This document shows positions 14,709 through 31,502 of a stretch of DNA of 64,000 nucleotides, piece after piece. Source of the DNA: Octopus vulgaris (Eukaryota); NCBI GenBank assembly GCA_951406725.2, contig OX597822.1, forward strand, positions 98,208,001-98,272,000, written 5' to 3'. How positions within the stretch are numbered: the first letter of the stretch is position 1; every line of letters begins with the position of its first letter. The notes beneath the pieces were generated by a model. The model did not search any database, was not told the origin of the DNA, and saw only the letters and a program-made list of their open reading frames with translations. The position numbers and the translations under genes were made by a program.

Positions 14709-15490
14709 AGTAGACGTTTATATCTAGTTTCTCTAGCATTAATATAATTATAACCAAATATCTGTGGTTTAGACACTAGATCATGATGTGTAGCTTTATC
14801 GGCAAATCGAATTCATTACGATACAGGAAGTCCATAAGTAACTCTTCAACTCTATAGTACTATTCACAGCGCAAAATATGTCACTTACTAAGTCTTTACT
14901 CACAGTTAGGTAGACTGAGTTACTGAGAAATTAGTGCTTCGGTCAGGGTAAAATCACATCCCTTTAAAATAGTAGTTTGGCAATCTATCTGCTCGGTCAT
15001 TAACGCATTAAAATGAATATAATAACAAGAAATTTACACAAAAATTTCTACCAACGCTGCGGATATTTCCAGTAAAACTACACAAAAGGCAAAATGAGAA
15101 TTCTCTTTTACATGCAATATCAGGTTTTCAGACACATGTTTTGTATCTTTGTAAACTTAGAAACAGATGCATTGATGATAGACTGCGTTAAATTATGATT
15201 TAGAGAAGATTAGAGAAGTTTCAAGTAGCTTATTCTGTTTATCATTAATATGTTAAGCAAAGTAGCTAGTTAGTAAATCTCTATAAGAGATAAAAGCAGA
15301 AACTATACTGATAAGTAATGTTAATCGCCACATCAATATGGCTGTACGATATTACTATCGTTTTTTACCGCAAGAAGAACAACGCCCTGCTGCATCGATA
15401 ACTAGCTGGAAGAGACCCTGTGGTAAAGCGTTTCTTTTTTTTTTGCCACTGTTGTATTTGTCTTTTGCCGATGGTTGTCTCTCTGGTAGA

Positions 15491-15700
15491 TCTATTATAT
15501 AAAATCCGTACTGTGTGTCTGTGTGTGTCTTCTAGGATCTCGGGCATCCTCCATCCAATTGCGCTCAAATTTGATATATAAATACCGACGGTATCAGGGC
15601 GTGTATAAGTCTTAACAAATTACGAAAATCGATTCCAGGTGAGAATGCGATCGATAAAGCCGTGGGGAAATCAGTGTTTCTCAAAAGGGAGGCCTATGGG
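15491..15700 (+). mobile_element. Helitron-like 5' end
   Basis: A|TCTATTATATAAAA followed by a TGTGTGTCTGTGTGTG tract; 3' end not located. Confidence 0.4.
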
Positions 15701-16157
15701 ACGGTCGGACAAGTTGTTTTGAGAAGATTTGGTTTAAATGTTTGACAACTCAGCACCGTCCATTGGACTGGGTCGTTTTGCTCGTATTGTTATATTCCGA
15801 AGTCGACGATAGAATGATTCTATCTGGCACTGTACGATCCCCAGTCGTAACAGTGTTAGTATCCTCAAAAGGTTCAGCAGAGGCACGACTATCAACACAA
15901 TCTTCACGTACTCTCGACCTTCTGACTTTCGACCAGCTTCTGGTCTACTTATAATAGCTGGCTACTATCACTTTTACCGGGAGAAATCGGAACCACTGTG
16001 ATCATCACACCACATGTGGTTTACTATCGATGCATACTTGTTAAATAACTGATAGTGACTTAATCGACAACGGCTGTAGGATACAAAAAGCAAGTTCCCG
16101 AAACCCGATTCTGATTGGTCTCAGAACGTTCAATTGCCGAAGTAGACATATTCCTTT

Positions 16158-16369
16158 CTTCTTTTAGTTGTTTCAGTCATTTCATTGCGGCCATAATGGA
16201 GCACCGCCTTAAAGGTTTTGTTTTAGTCAGGGAAATCGAACCCAGGACTTATTCTTCGTAATTCTATCGGATTCTTTTGCCAAACTAGTAAGTGGCGGGG
16301 TCGTAAACGCACCAACATCGGTTGTCAAGCGATAGTGGGAGGGAAGACAAACACAGACACACACAATAT

Positions 16370-16370
<1 letters not shown>
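16158..16370 (-). mobile_element. SINE family 1, 3' half only, running into the giant microsatellite
   Basis: GTTTCAGTCATTTCATTGCGGCCATAATGGAGCACCGCC ... GGTTGTCAAGCGATAG...GACAAACACAGACACAC, then repeats. Confidence 0.85.
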
Positions 16371-19117
<2,747 letters not shown>

Positions 19118-19118
<1 letters not shown>

Positions 19119-20353
19119 CTAGCAAATGCATCCGTCCTTTTGACGATTTAAGTTGCTTTGGGGGTATTTTTTACACCAAATAATTGAAATACCGAGAAGG
19201 TTTATGAGTAGCACGGCAATCTATATTTCCAATTAACCTAGGAATAGAAAAGCAAATTGAAGGCTAGTTATTGTGGAGATCGTTCCACTTGAATGAACAT
19301 AGGGCATATCAGTTTGCAAGCGATGCAAATTAGAACTACTGAAGTGATTTGTGACTAGATTACGGATAATGACTACAAAACATAATTGTTTTACACGAAA
19401 GCGAAATTTCTCGTCAGAATCAACCACATATATAGTGTAAAGATATTGAAGGAAGACGTTGAAACTTCCCTTCTGCGAGTTTATTTCATTCAACAACAAT
19501 GAGAGCTATTTTTCGGAGAGACGTATCATTGGTATGTTTAAAAATGGCAATATTATATCTACTTGAAAAAGCAGTGTTAAAAATATATATTTGCTATGTG
19601 CTTACAGCGTACGAACGCTCTGAAATTGACTTCAGGTGACGAAAATGACGACAGGAAGAGTCTGACTTCAGTTCACGAATACTGCTTTGAATCTTTAGCA
19701 GTTCGCAGTGAAAAAAATATCGCGTTCAAAATATCATAATGGATGGGTAAATAAGCATCCTTAAAGTGAAACAACGCATCGGTCGGTAAACAAATGTATC
19801 GACAAATAGAAGTGAGGAAAGGGTACATCACCTTCCAAGTAACTCATAAAAGGTAAAGGTAAGCTTTCCAAAGTTTGATGCAATTTAAATATGGAGATTA
19901 AGATTGATTAGTATTGGATAGTCATTTCGTACACTATTCCTAGTAAATTTAATCACAGTCGCAGGTGGACAGTCGCAATAAATAGACAAAAATCCTTTCA
20001 CTTTTATAATATTCTCTAACGAAGTAATAATAAACAATTGCAACATATAAATAAATGACAAACAAAAAAATGTGAAAACTGACTAAAAATATTCTTTAAT
20101 GCTAATATGCGACCATATTGATTCAAAAAGTATAGAGGACCCTACATAGAAAAACTATGAACGTACAACGAATTATAAAAAAAACTCGTGTAAACCACCG
20201 TTTTTCCCGGTTTGTCCATTTGCGTGGGAGCTCTGGACAAAATGTTATAGTGCACGACAATCCTTGGGACATAAGTAACGTGTGTGTGTGTAAAGTTTGG
20301 TAAAATCGTTTGAGAATTGTGGAAGTGTATGTGCTAGTCAAAGCACACACATA

Positions 20354-20400
<47 letters not shown>
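19118..20400 (-). mobile_element. Probable older Helitron-like insertion(s) within TA repeats
   Basis: Reverse complement ends CGTC-AAAAG-GACG hairpin ...GCTAG at about 19119; the other end (20300-20400) resembles Helitron 5' ends merging into (TA)n. Confidence 0.4.
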
Positions 20401-20401
<1 letters not shown>

Positions 20402-20618
20402 AAGGTTACTTTCTTAGATGCAGCACGGACTTTGTCAGTGAACAGGTCGCGGATTTTAGCGACGAAAATATTTTGACAAATTAAACTTAAATGTTGGAGT
20501 GAATCAAACGGCTTTTGTGTGTTTCTTAAATGGCTTATAAACACCTTCCACGCTGCAATTGTTTTCGTTTCACCACACGATCTCAGATCAAATTACTTGC
20601 TATGCGAGTACATCTCCG

Positions 20619-20669
<51 letters not shown>

Positions 20670-20845
20670 CATATATATACATACATATATATATACATAC
20701 ATATATATACACATACATATATATACACATACATATATATACACATACATATATATACACATACATATATATACACATACATATATATACATACATACAT
20801 ATATATAAATACATATATATACATACATATATATATACATACATA

Positions 20846-20877
<32 letters not shown>

Positions 20878-20915
20878 CATACATATATATACATACATAC
20901 ATACATATATATACA

Positions 20916-21207
20916 TTGGGTTTCAGAGGACCACAGCTCTTTAACATCCTCCCTAAATGCCTGAGAGACTTACATGGTGTGGATGTGGGTTTCTTTAAAA
21001 CTAAACTGGATCTCTTCTTGTTGGGAGTCCCAGATGAGGCTACCTCACGACAGGAGACGCGGATGCGGGCAGCAGCATCGAACTTCCTTGTTGATCAAGT
21101 GCCACGTATCAGAGGTGGATTCACAAATTAGTGTAGCTCATTCAGCGGTGGTGCCCCAGCATGGCCGCGGCCTTCAGGCTAAAACATTTTTAATGATTTA
21201 ATGATTT
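20916..21207 (+). mobile_element. CR1-clade LINE family A, severely 5'-truncated copy (about 290 bp), (TTTAATGA)n tail
   Basis: Matches 34859-35150 with about 6 substitutions outside the tail; microsatellite on both sides. Confidence 0.95.
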
Positions 21208-21500
21208 ATACATATATATACATACATACATATATATACATACATACATATATATACATATACATACATATACATATACATACATACATATATATATACA
21301 TATATATATACATATACATACATATACATATACATACATACATATACATACATACATATATATATATACATACATACATACATATACATATACATACATA
21401 CATACATATATACATACATACATATACATACATACATACATACATATATACATACATACATATATACATACATATATACATACATACATATATACATACA

Positions 21501-21534
<34 letters not shown>

Positions 21535-21904
21535 CATACATATATACATACATACATATATACATACATATATACATACATACATATATACATACATACA
21601 TATACATACATACATATATACATACATACATATATACATATATACATACATACATACATATATACAGACATACATATATACAGACATACATATATACAGA
21701 CATACATATATATATATACATACATATATATATATACATACATATATACTTACATATATATATACATACATATATATATACATACATATATATATACATA
21801 TATATATACATATATATATACATATATATATATATATACATACATAAATATATATATATACATACATAAATATATATATATACATACATATATATATATA
21901 CATA

Positions 21905-23234
21905 TTTGATTTTTTGATTTGATTTGATTTTCCAGTTTCAGCTAATGAGCTGTGGCCATGCTGGGGCACCGCCATTTGGTTTGCTACACGGTTTTACCTC
22001 ACGGATGCTTTTTAGCAAACGCCATCTGATGCATGAGAGAGTTCGATGCAGCTGCCCTCATCTGCGCCTCCTGTCGTGAAGTTGGTTCATCCGGGACACC
22101 TGACAGGAAGAGATCCAGTCCTACTTTAAAGACATCCGCATCTACACCATGCAGGTCCCTCAGGTTCTTCGGGAGGATATTGAAGAGCCGTGGGCCTCTG
22201 AAGCCCAGGCTATCACCATATCTTGTCCTACATCTTGATGGCAAATTTGGAGTCCTTGGTACTACGCAGTGGCGTCCGGTTCTGGCATTTGTGTGACTCT
22301 CGATGCCAAAGTCTGGGACAAGACCTTCCAGGATCTTCCAGATATATATTATGGCATATCTTTCTCGCCTACGCTCCAGGGAATAGAGCTTTAATCTCTT
22401 GAGTCTCTCCCAGTAGCTCATAAGCTGCACAGAGGTTATCTTCTTCGTGTAGCTTCGTTGGATCGCCTCAAGTTCTGTGATCAACTTGACACTGGATGGT
22501 GACCATAGCTGAGAGCAATAGTCAAAGTGGCTTAGGACAAGTGTCTTCCAGGGACCATCATGGTTTCTTGTTCTCTTGTTCTAAAGGTTCTAAGAATCCA
22601 TCCAGCCAGCCGTCTACATTTCATTGTCAGTTTAGCAACATGTACATGAAAGGTCGCGTCATCACTCATGTGAATACCCAGGTCACGCACTGATTGTGCC
22701 TCTGGGATTGCAATCCCTCCGGGTCCAGTGTATTCATTGGGTATTGCATTCAGTTTTGCATGCTGATAGTATAAAGCTTGAAAATTTTCAGCATTGAACT
22801 GCATGCTATTCTTTTCAGCCCACTTGTATATTTCGTCCAGCTCACATTGCAGGTGCTTAGTGTCTTCAGGGTTCTGTATAGCCTGTGAAACTTTTGTATC
22901 ATCTGCATAACTTGTGATTGTGGCTCTCTGCGTGACTGAGTGCATGTCTGAGAGGGCCATTATGAACAGTAGTGGTCCCAGAACAGTGCCCTGCGGGACA
23001 CCGCTCACTATTTGCGTGCTAATGGAAGTGGCCCCATTGGCTGCTACCACCCGACTTCTATTCTTCAGAAAGTCATGAAGCCATTCTCCTAGTTTTCCAA
23101 CTATGCCAAGATCACGCAGTTTGTGACATATCATTCCATGATCGACTTTATCAAAGGCCTTTGCGAAGTCGAGATATATGACTTCCACATTAGAGTGGTT
23201 GAGCAGTTGTTTCAGCACCCAGTCATAGTGCTGC
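21905..23234 (-). mobile_element. CR1-clade LINE, family B-like, 5'-truncated in RT, inverted; (AATCA)n tail
   Basis: Minus-strand translation [28 protein letters not shown]...YADD...[12 protein letters not shown] is nearly identical to family B; frameshift near 22550; same 3' motif; microsatellite on both sides. Confidence 0.93.
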
Positions 23235-23572
23235 ATACATATATATATACATACATACATATATATATATATATACATACATATATATATATATACATAC
23301 ATACATACATATATATATATACATACATACATACATATATATATATATACATACATATATATATATACATACATATATATATACATACATACATATATAT
23401 ATATACATACATACATACATATATATATATACATACATATATATATACATACATACATATATATATATACATACATATATATATACATACATACATATAT
23501 ATATATACATACATATATATATATATACATACATATATATATATATACATACATACATATATACATACATAC

Positions 23573-23603
<31 letters not shown>

Positions 23604-23872
23604 CATACATACATATATATATACATACATATATATATATATACATACATACATATATATATATATACATACATACATATATATATATATACATACATAC
23701 ATATATATATATACATACATACATACATATATATATACATACATACATACATACATATATACATACATACATACATACATATATACATACATACATACAT
23801 ATATATATACATACATACATATATATATACATACATACATACATATATATATATACATACATATATATATAC

Positions 23873-23966
<94 letters not shown>

Positions 23967-24256
23967 ACATATATATATACATACATATATATATATATAT
24001 ACATACATATATATATATATACACATACATATATATATATATACACATACATATATATATATACACATACATATATATATATACACATACATATATATAC
24101 ATACATACATATATATATACATACATACATATATATACATACATACATATATACATATATATATACATACATACATACATATATACATATATATATACAT
24201 ACATACATATATATATACATACATATATATATATACATACATATATATATACATAC

Positions 24257-24295
<39 letters not shown>

Positions 24296-24300
24296 CATAC

Positions 24301-24331
<31 letters not shown>

Positions 24332-24332
24332 C

Positions 24333-24729
<397 letters not shown>

Positions 24730-24840
24730 CATACATATATATTATTAGTGAATTGAAGAAATGGAGTTGAACGAAGATTGAACAGAAATCGTTTTATTGC
24801 ATTCTACACGTGTTTCGTATACACGTGTTTCGTATATATA

Positions 24841-24895
<55 letters not shown>

Positions 24896-25010
24896 ACATA
24901 TATATATATATAAATACATATATATACATACATATATATATATATATAAATACATATATATACATACATATATATATATATACATACATATATATACATA
25001 TATGTATATA

Positions 25011-28000
25011 TTCGTGCGCTCATATGCGCTTGTACGGTCGCACATTGGCGCACTTGATGCCATCTTTGAGACCGAGCGGGGCAAAGATGGCAAGAATGGA
25101 GACGATGAAAGAAGTCACCCCCACCTGGTGGACGCCCGGGAGGAGGTTTTGAATGAGAAACCTGCCCGGGAAGTGAACCCAGGTGCAAGTTCTCCAACCG
25201 GCAGCAAGGGCCATGGAGACGGAGAACCCGGTGAAGAGGTAGAGGGAGGAAGAAGAACTAAAAGAAGGACTGGAAGAGCTAAAGGAAAAGAAAAAGCTCA
25301 AGCAGGGCCAAAGGGTGAAACAACCAGGAATAGAAGTGGAACCGCAAAGGATGGAACCAAACAGCGCACACGGGTGTGTATGTTCTACCTGAGAGGTTCC
25401 TGCTGGCATGGAAAGGAAGGTGCAGGCTGCCGCTTTGCACATCGGGGACCCTGCCACAGAGACACGAGGCAGATGGACAAACCATCAACACAAAGAAAAG
25501 GGATGGACCACGCACCACCTGCCCCAAAGCGGAGGTACGCAGATGTTGTGCGCGCCACAAACCGCCAACATGATGTTGTCGAAAGAGCAGCTGCTGAGCA
25601 ACAATCTTTTTGTGCATGGCACAAAAGATTGTACAGCAGCTGACCTGGCTTCATCAAACCCAAGCCCGCAGGTGGGACTACCCACTATATACCAGACCAC
25701 CACAGCAAACAGACACAGGATGGACACCGCCGGCAACAACGTACACCTCACCTCGATGCTCCTACTGAACATCAGAGGACTGCAAACACTCAGTAACAGG
25801 ACAAAGATCCCGTTCCTGAGAGACTTTGTTGCATGCAATCAAGCCTTATGCATAGCACTTACAGAAACGCACCTGAAACCGGACATAGCAGATGCGGAGT
25901 TACACATACCACAGTATGCTGTACTACGGACCGACAGGAAAGAAAGGAGTCATGGAGGTGTTGCTATGTACATCCGTGAGGACCTCACACCCCAGGTCCT
26001 CTTGTCATACTCAAACTCGGTGTGTGACACACTAATTGTACATATTAGGCAACTTGATGTAGTTGTGTGTGCTACATATCGCCCTCCAGATGCCCCAAGC
26101 CATGTGGGCAAGTTTGAAGACTGCCTTATAAAAATAGAAGAAATTCTAACCACATTAGAACAACACATAGGTGTGCTTCTGATGGGAGACTTCAATCTGC
26201 CCAATGTCAGATGGCCCGAGGGCCTTTCTCTCCCAGGAATGACAAGATGTGAACGAGGACAGGCGAGGTCCCTCCTGAACCTCATCAACACCCTGTACAT
26301 GGAGCAGGTAATACTCCAACCAACCAGGGCAGGTAACACACTGGATCTCTGCTTCACAAATGACATGGATCTCATCCATAATGTGAAAGTGACACCGACA
26401 CTACTCTCGGATCACAACATGATAGAGCTGACCATGTACGGGCCAAAAGAGAGCACGGACATGCAGCCTACAAGAAACCTCAAAATCTTTCCAGCTTGAA
26501 CTACCATAAGGCAAACTGGAAACAAATTGAGAAAGAGATCCTCAAACAAAACTGGCCTAAATGTCTCTCCTCGCCAGACATCGACGTGAAACTTCAACAA
26601 TTCATGTCTGTAATGCAAGCCATATGCTACAAATGTGTCCCAGAGAGAAAGGCCACTGTACACAAGAACAAAATCCCCAGAGAGAGGAAAATTTTAATGA
26701 GACGGCGTACAAAATTTTCAAATCGCCTAAACAAACAGATTGAAAGCAGTGAAAAGTCCCGCCTAAAAATAAAACTGTTGGAAATCGAAAAATGTCTGCA
26801 ACTCTCCCATGAAAAAGAAAGAGCAGACAAAGAAGTCTGGGCTATAGAAAACATAAAAACAAACCCCAGAGCTTTCTACAGGTATGCCAAAGAAACAGCT
26901 AGTGTGCACTGTAGAATAGGGCCACTCCTCGAAAAGGATGGCACACTTACAGGAAAACCAATGAGGGTAAGTGAAATACTGAATGAGCAATTCAAGAGTG
27001 TTTTCACTCCACCCCTTGGGCATCTCCAAATCACCAATCCAACTGACTTTTTTACCACTGCAGATATAAAATCAGAGGCGGCGACGATAGATTACATCGA
27101 TATAAAGGAAGACGATGTAACCAAGGCTATAGATGAAATGAAAACAGACTCAGCTACTGGCCCCGATGGATTCCCAGCAATCCTCCTAAAAGCATGTAAG
27201 AGAGTCCTAGCAAGACCACTGCAGTTCCTCTTTCAGAGCTTCCTTGCAGCTGGCAAACTTCCAGGAAAACTGAAGGAAGGTAAAATATGCCCCATTCATA
27301 AAGGAGGTAGCAGAGCGGAAGCCAAGAACTATAGACCTATCTCTCTGACCTCACACATCAGCAAGGTCATGGAACGAATAGTCAGAAGGAAGCTGATCAC
27401 CTTCCTTGAAGAGAATGACTTGCTGCCCGACACCCAACATGGTTTCCGACCAGGGAGAAGCTGTTTAACTCAGCTCCTACAACACTATGACTGGGTGCTG
27501 AAACGGCTGCTCAACCACTCTAATGTGGAAGTCATATATCTCGACTTTGCAAAGGCCTTTGATAAAGTCGATCATGGAATGATATGTCACAAACTGCGTG
27601 ATCTCAACATAGTTGGAAAACTGGGAGAATGGCTTCATGACTTTCTTAAGGATAGAAGTCAGGTGGTAGTAGCCAATGGGGCCACCTCCATTAACACACA
27701 AATAGTGAGCGGTGTTCCGCAGGGCACTGTTCTGGGACCACTACTGTTCATAATGGCCCTCTCAGACATGCCCTCAGCCACGCAGAGAGCCACGATCACA
27801 AGTTATGCAGATGATACAAAAGTTTCACAGGCAATACAGAACCCTGAGGACACTAAACACCTGCAATGTGAGCTGGACGAAATATACAAGTGGGCTGAAA
27901 AGAATAGCATGCAGTTCAATGCTCGAAAGTTTCAAGCTTTATACTATCAGCATGCAAAATTGAATGCAATACCCAATGAATACACTGGACCCGGAGGGAT

Positions 28001-28803
28001 TGCAATCCCAGAGGCACAATCAGTGCGTGACCTGGGTATTCACATGAGTGATGACGCGACCTTTCATGTACATGTTGCTAAACTGACAATGAAATGTAGA
28101 CGGCTGGCTGGATGGATTCTTAGAACCTTTAGAACAAGAGAACAAGAAACCATGATGGTCCCCTGGAAGACACTTGTCCTAAGCCACTTTGACTATTGCT
28201 CTCAGCTATGGTCAACATCCAGTGTCAAGTTGATCACAGAACTTGAGGCGATCCAACGAAGCTACACGAAGAAGATAGCCTCTATGCAGAATGTAAGCTA
28301 CTGGGAAAGACTCAAGAGATTAAAATTATATTCCCTGGAGCGTAGGCGGGAAAGATATGCCATAATATACATCTGGAAGATCCTGGAGGGAAGTGTCCTG
28401 AACTTTGGCATCGAGAGTTACGCAAATGCCAGAACTGGGCGCCACTGCGTGGTGCCTAGGACTCCAAACCTGCCATCAAGATGTAGGACAAGATTCTGTG
28501 ATAGCCTGGGCTTCCGAGGCCCACAGCTCTTCAATATCCTCCCGAAGAACCTGAGAGACCTGCATGGGGTGGATACAGATGTCTTTAAAATGAAGCTGGA
28601 TCTCTTCCTGTCAGGTGTCCCAGATGAACCAACTTCACGGCAGGAGGGGCAGATGAGGGCAGCTGCATCGAACTCTCTCATGCACCAAATAGCAGTTGCT
28701 AGAAAACCCCCATGAAGTGAAACCAAGTAGCAACACCAAATGGCGGTGCCCCAGCATGGCCACAGCTCATAAGCTGAAACTAGAATCAATCAATCAATCA
28801 ATC
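25011..28803 (+). mobile_element. CR1-clade LINE, family B, near full length (5'-truncated in ORF1), (AATC)n tail
   Basis: ORF1 with [22 protein letters not shown]; EN in 25720-26499 and RT in 26496-28715; 3' motif GGCGGTGCCCCAGCATGGCCACAGCTCATAAGCTGAAAC then (AATC)5; microsatellite on both sides. Confidence 0.95.
25720..28715 (+). pseudogene. LINE family B ORF2 (EN-RT) with a single 1-nt frameshift near 26480
   Basis: Colinear with family A ORF2. LSSLNYHKANWK matches A's [12 protein letters not shown] once one base is restored near 26477-26487. All EN and RT motifs are present. Confidence 0.9.
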
Positions 28804-28880
28804 ATATATACATACATATATATACATATACATACATATATATATATATACATACATATACATATACATACATATACATA

Positions 28881-30975
28881 AAATAGAAAATCTCTCATAA
28901 GGAAAATTAAAAGAATCAACAAAAAGATCAACATGCTGAAATACTGTCAACAGCAACACACCAACCTGACTGCCATCTCGTCGCTAGAGATTAAAAAACA
29001 TAAACTCCAAAACAACATGATGTCTATCATCAATAGTCAGCGAAGAGCTGAAGAGGCCTGGGCCATTGAGAAGATCAAACTCAATCCCAAAGTGTTCTTT
29101 TCATTTGCAAAAAAACACAGAGTCACTGGTTCTACTGTTGGCCCTCTGATTGATGAAAATGGTATTCTTCAAGACAATGCCAAAACCATGGGAGAAATAT
29201 TGCAGAAACAATATTGCTCTGTTTTCAGCAATCCTGATATGACTGATCTGGGCTGTATCAGTGATGTTACTCCCCAATACACTTTATCGGACATAACATT
29301 TGGCGCTCCTGATGTCTTAGCAGCAATAAAGGAAATGAAGCATAATTCAGCAGTAGGTCCCGATAGGTTCCCTGCTTGTGTCTTGAAGATGTGTCAAAAC
29401 CAACTTGCACCCCCTCTAGCCAATCTGTGGCGGAACTCATTGGATGCTGGATATATACCAGAAGACCTTCTATCCCAGTCTGTTGTCCCAGTTTTCAAAA
29501 AAGGAAACAAATCGCTTGCCGTGAATTACCGTCCAATCTCACTCACCTCTCATATCATCAAGGTATTTGAGAGGGTGCTGAGATCGCGTATGACTCACTT
29601 CCTTGAGAGTCATAATATGCTGAACCCCAACCAGCATGGATTCCGTAATGGGAGAGATTGCCTGACGCAGCTACTGCATCATTTTGATGACATTTTGAGA
29701 GCCTTGGGAGAGGGTTCCAACACTGATGTCATCTACCTTGATTTCAGCAAGGCCTTTGACAGGGTTGATCATAAGATCCTTCTGAGAAAGCTGTCCAATA
29801 TTGGTGTCACTGGAAAGCTGCTGCAATGGATCAAGTGCTTCCTCTCTAACAGAACCCAACATGTTGTAGTCGAGGGAGTCAAATCCAGCCCAGCCAAAGT
29901 CAGCAGTGGTGTCCCACAAGGCACTGTGTTGGGCCCACTTCTCTTCATCATCTACATAAATGATATTACTGACACCATCAAACACAGCAACATCAGAACC
30001 TTCGCTGATGATTCCAAGCTCCAGAAGGTCATCAATGGCGTGGATGACCGAATAAACCTTCAGTCAGACCTACTAGCTGTTGTCCAATGGGCGGAAAAGA
30101 ATAACATGTTGCTAAATGAAGACAAATTCGAACTGATCCACTTTGGAAGGGAGGACGCTCTGAAACTCCCATACTCTCTTCCTTCTGGAGAAATTCTCAT
30201 GGCATCCAACAACATCAGAGACCTGGGAGTAACAGTGGACAACAACATAAGCTGGGCTACACATATAAGCAGCAAAGTTGACATGGCCCGCAGAATGTGT
30301 TCCTGGATTCTCAGAACCTTCCAGTCGAGAGATTCCCACGCTATTATCCTTCTCTTCTCCACTTTTGCCCGACCCCACCTTGAATACTGCTGTCCACTGT
30401 GGTCTCCCTACACAAAACAAAATATTATGAGAATTGAAGCTCCCCAAAGGTCAATCACAAAAAAGATAGATGGCATGTCAGACCTTGACTACTGGGGTAG
30501 ACTAGAGAAGCTGAAATTGTATTCACTCCAACGACGCCGTGAACGCTACATTATCTGTATGATGTGGAAAATATTCCATCAGCACTGTCCGAATGATGTT
30601 GGCATCACCTTCAAAATGCATCCAAGGCTTGGACCACGTGCCATCCGTCCACAACAAAAATCTAAATCGCATCACATAACGACAATACGGCACAACTATT
30701 TCACCTCAATTGGACCCGCTCTCTTCAACATTACACCAGGACACGTCAAAAAAGAAACTGACCACACAAAATTCAAGAAGTCTTTGGACAAATTCCTTCA
30801 AACAGTACCGGACAAACCATCCACACCCGGATATGTCTCCGGAAACAATAACTCTCTGCTCGAATGGGCCTTGGTGCCCAAATCCTGAACTGAAAGACTT
30901 CGCCAGGTGGTGCTATTAAGTTAGACATGGCCTGGGCCAATACTGGCCAAAAACCTTTCTAAGTTATTCTAAGTT
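28881..30975 (+). mobile_element. CR1-clade LINE, family C, 5'-truncated after EN; uninterrupted RT ORF 28882-30888; (TTCTAAGTTA) tail
   Basis: [49 protein letters not shown]. 3' UTR GGTGGTGC...CATGGCC..GGCC-AATACT-GGCC. Flanked by CATA/TA repeats. Confidence 0.93.
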
Positions 30976-31134
30976 ATATACATACATATATATATACATA
31001 TATATATACATACATATATATATACATACATATATATATATACATACATATATATATATACATACATATATATATACATACATATATATACTTACATACA
31101 TATATATATACATACATATATATACTTACATACA

Positions 31135-31166
<32 letters not shown>

Positions 31167-31344
31167 CATATATATATATATACATACATATATACATATA
31201 TATATACATACATATATACATACATACATATATACATACATACATATATATATACATACATATATATATACATACATATATATATACATACATATATATA
31301 TATACATACATATATATATACATACATATATATATACATACATA

Positions 31345-31385
<41 letters not shown>

Positions 31386-31502
31386 ACATACATATATATA
31401 TATACATACATATATATATATATATATATACATACATATATATATACATATATATATATATATACATACATATATATATATACATACATATACATACATA
31501 CA
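30976..31502 (+). repeat. (TA)n/(CATA)n spacer between LINE C and LINE A (a shorter one at 28804-28880 lies between B and C)
   Basis: Direct reading. Confidence 0.97.
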
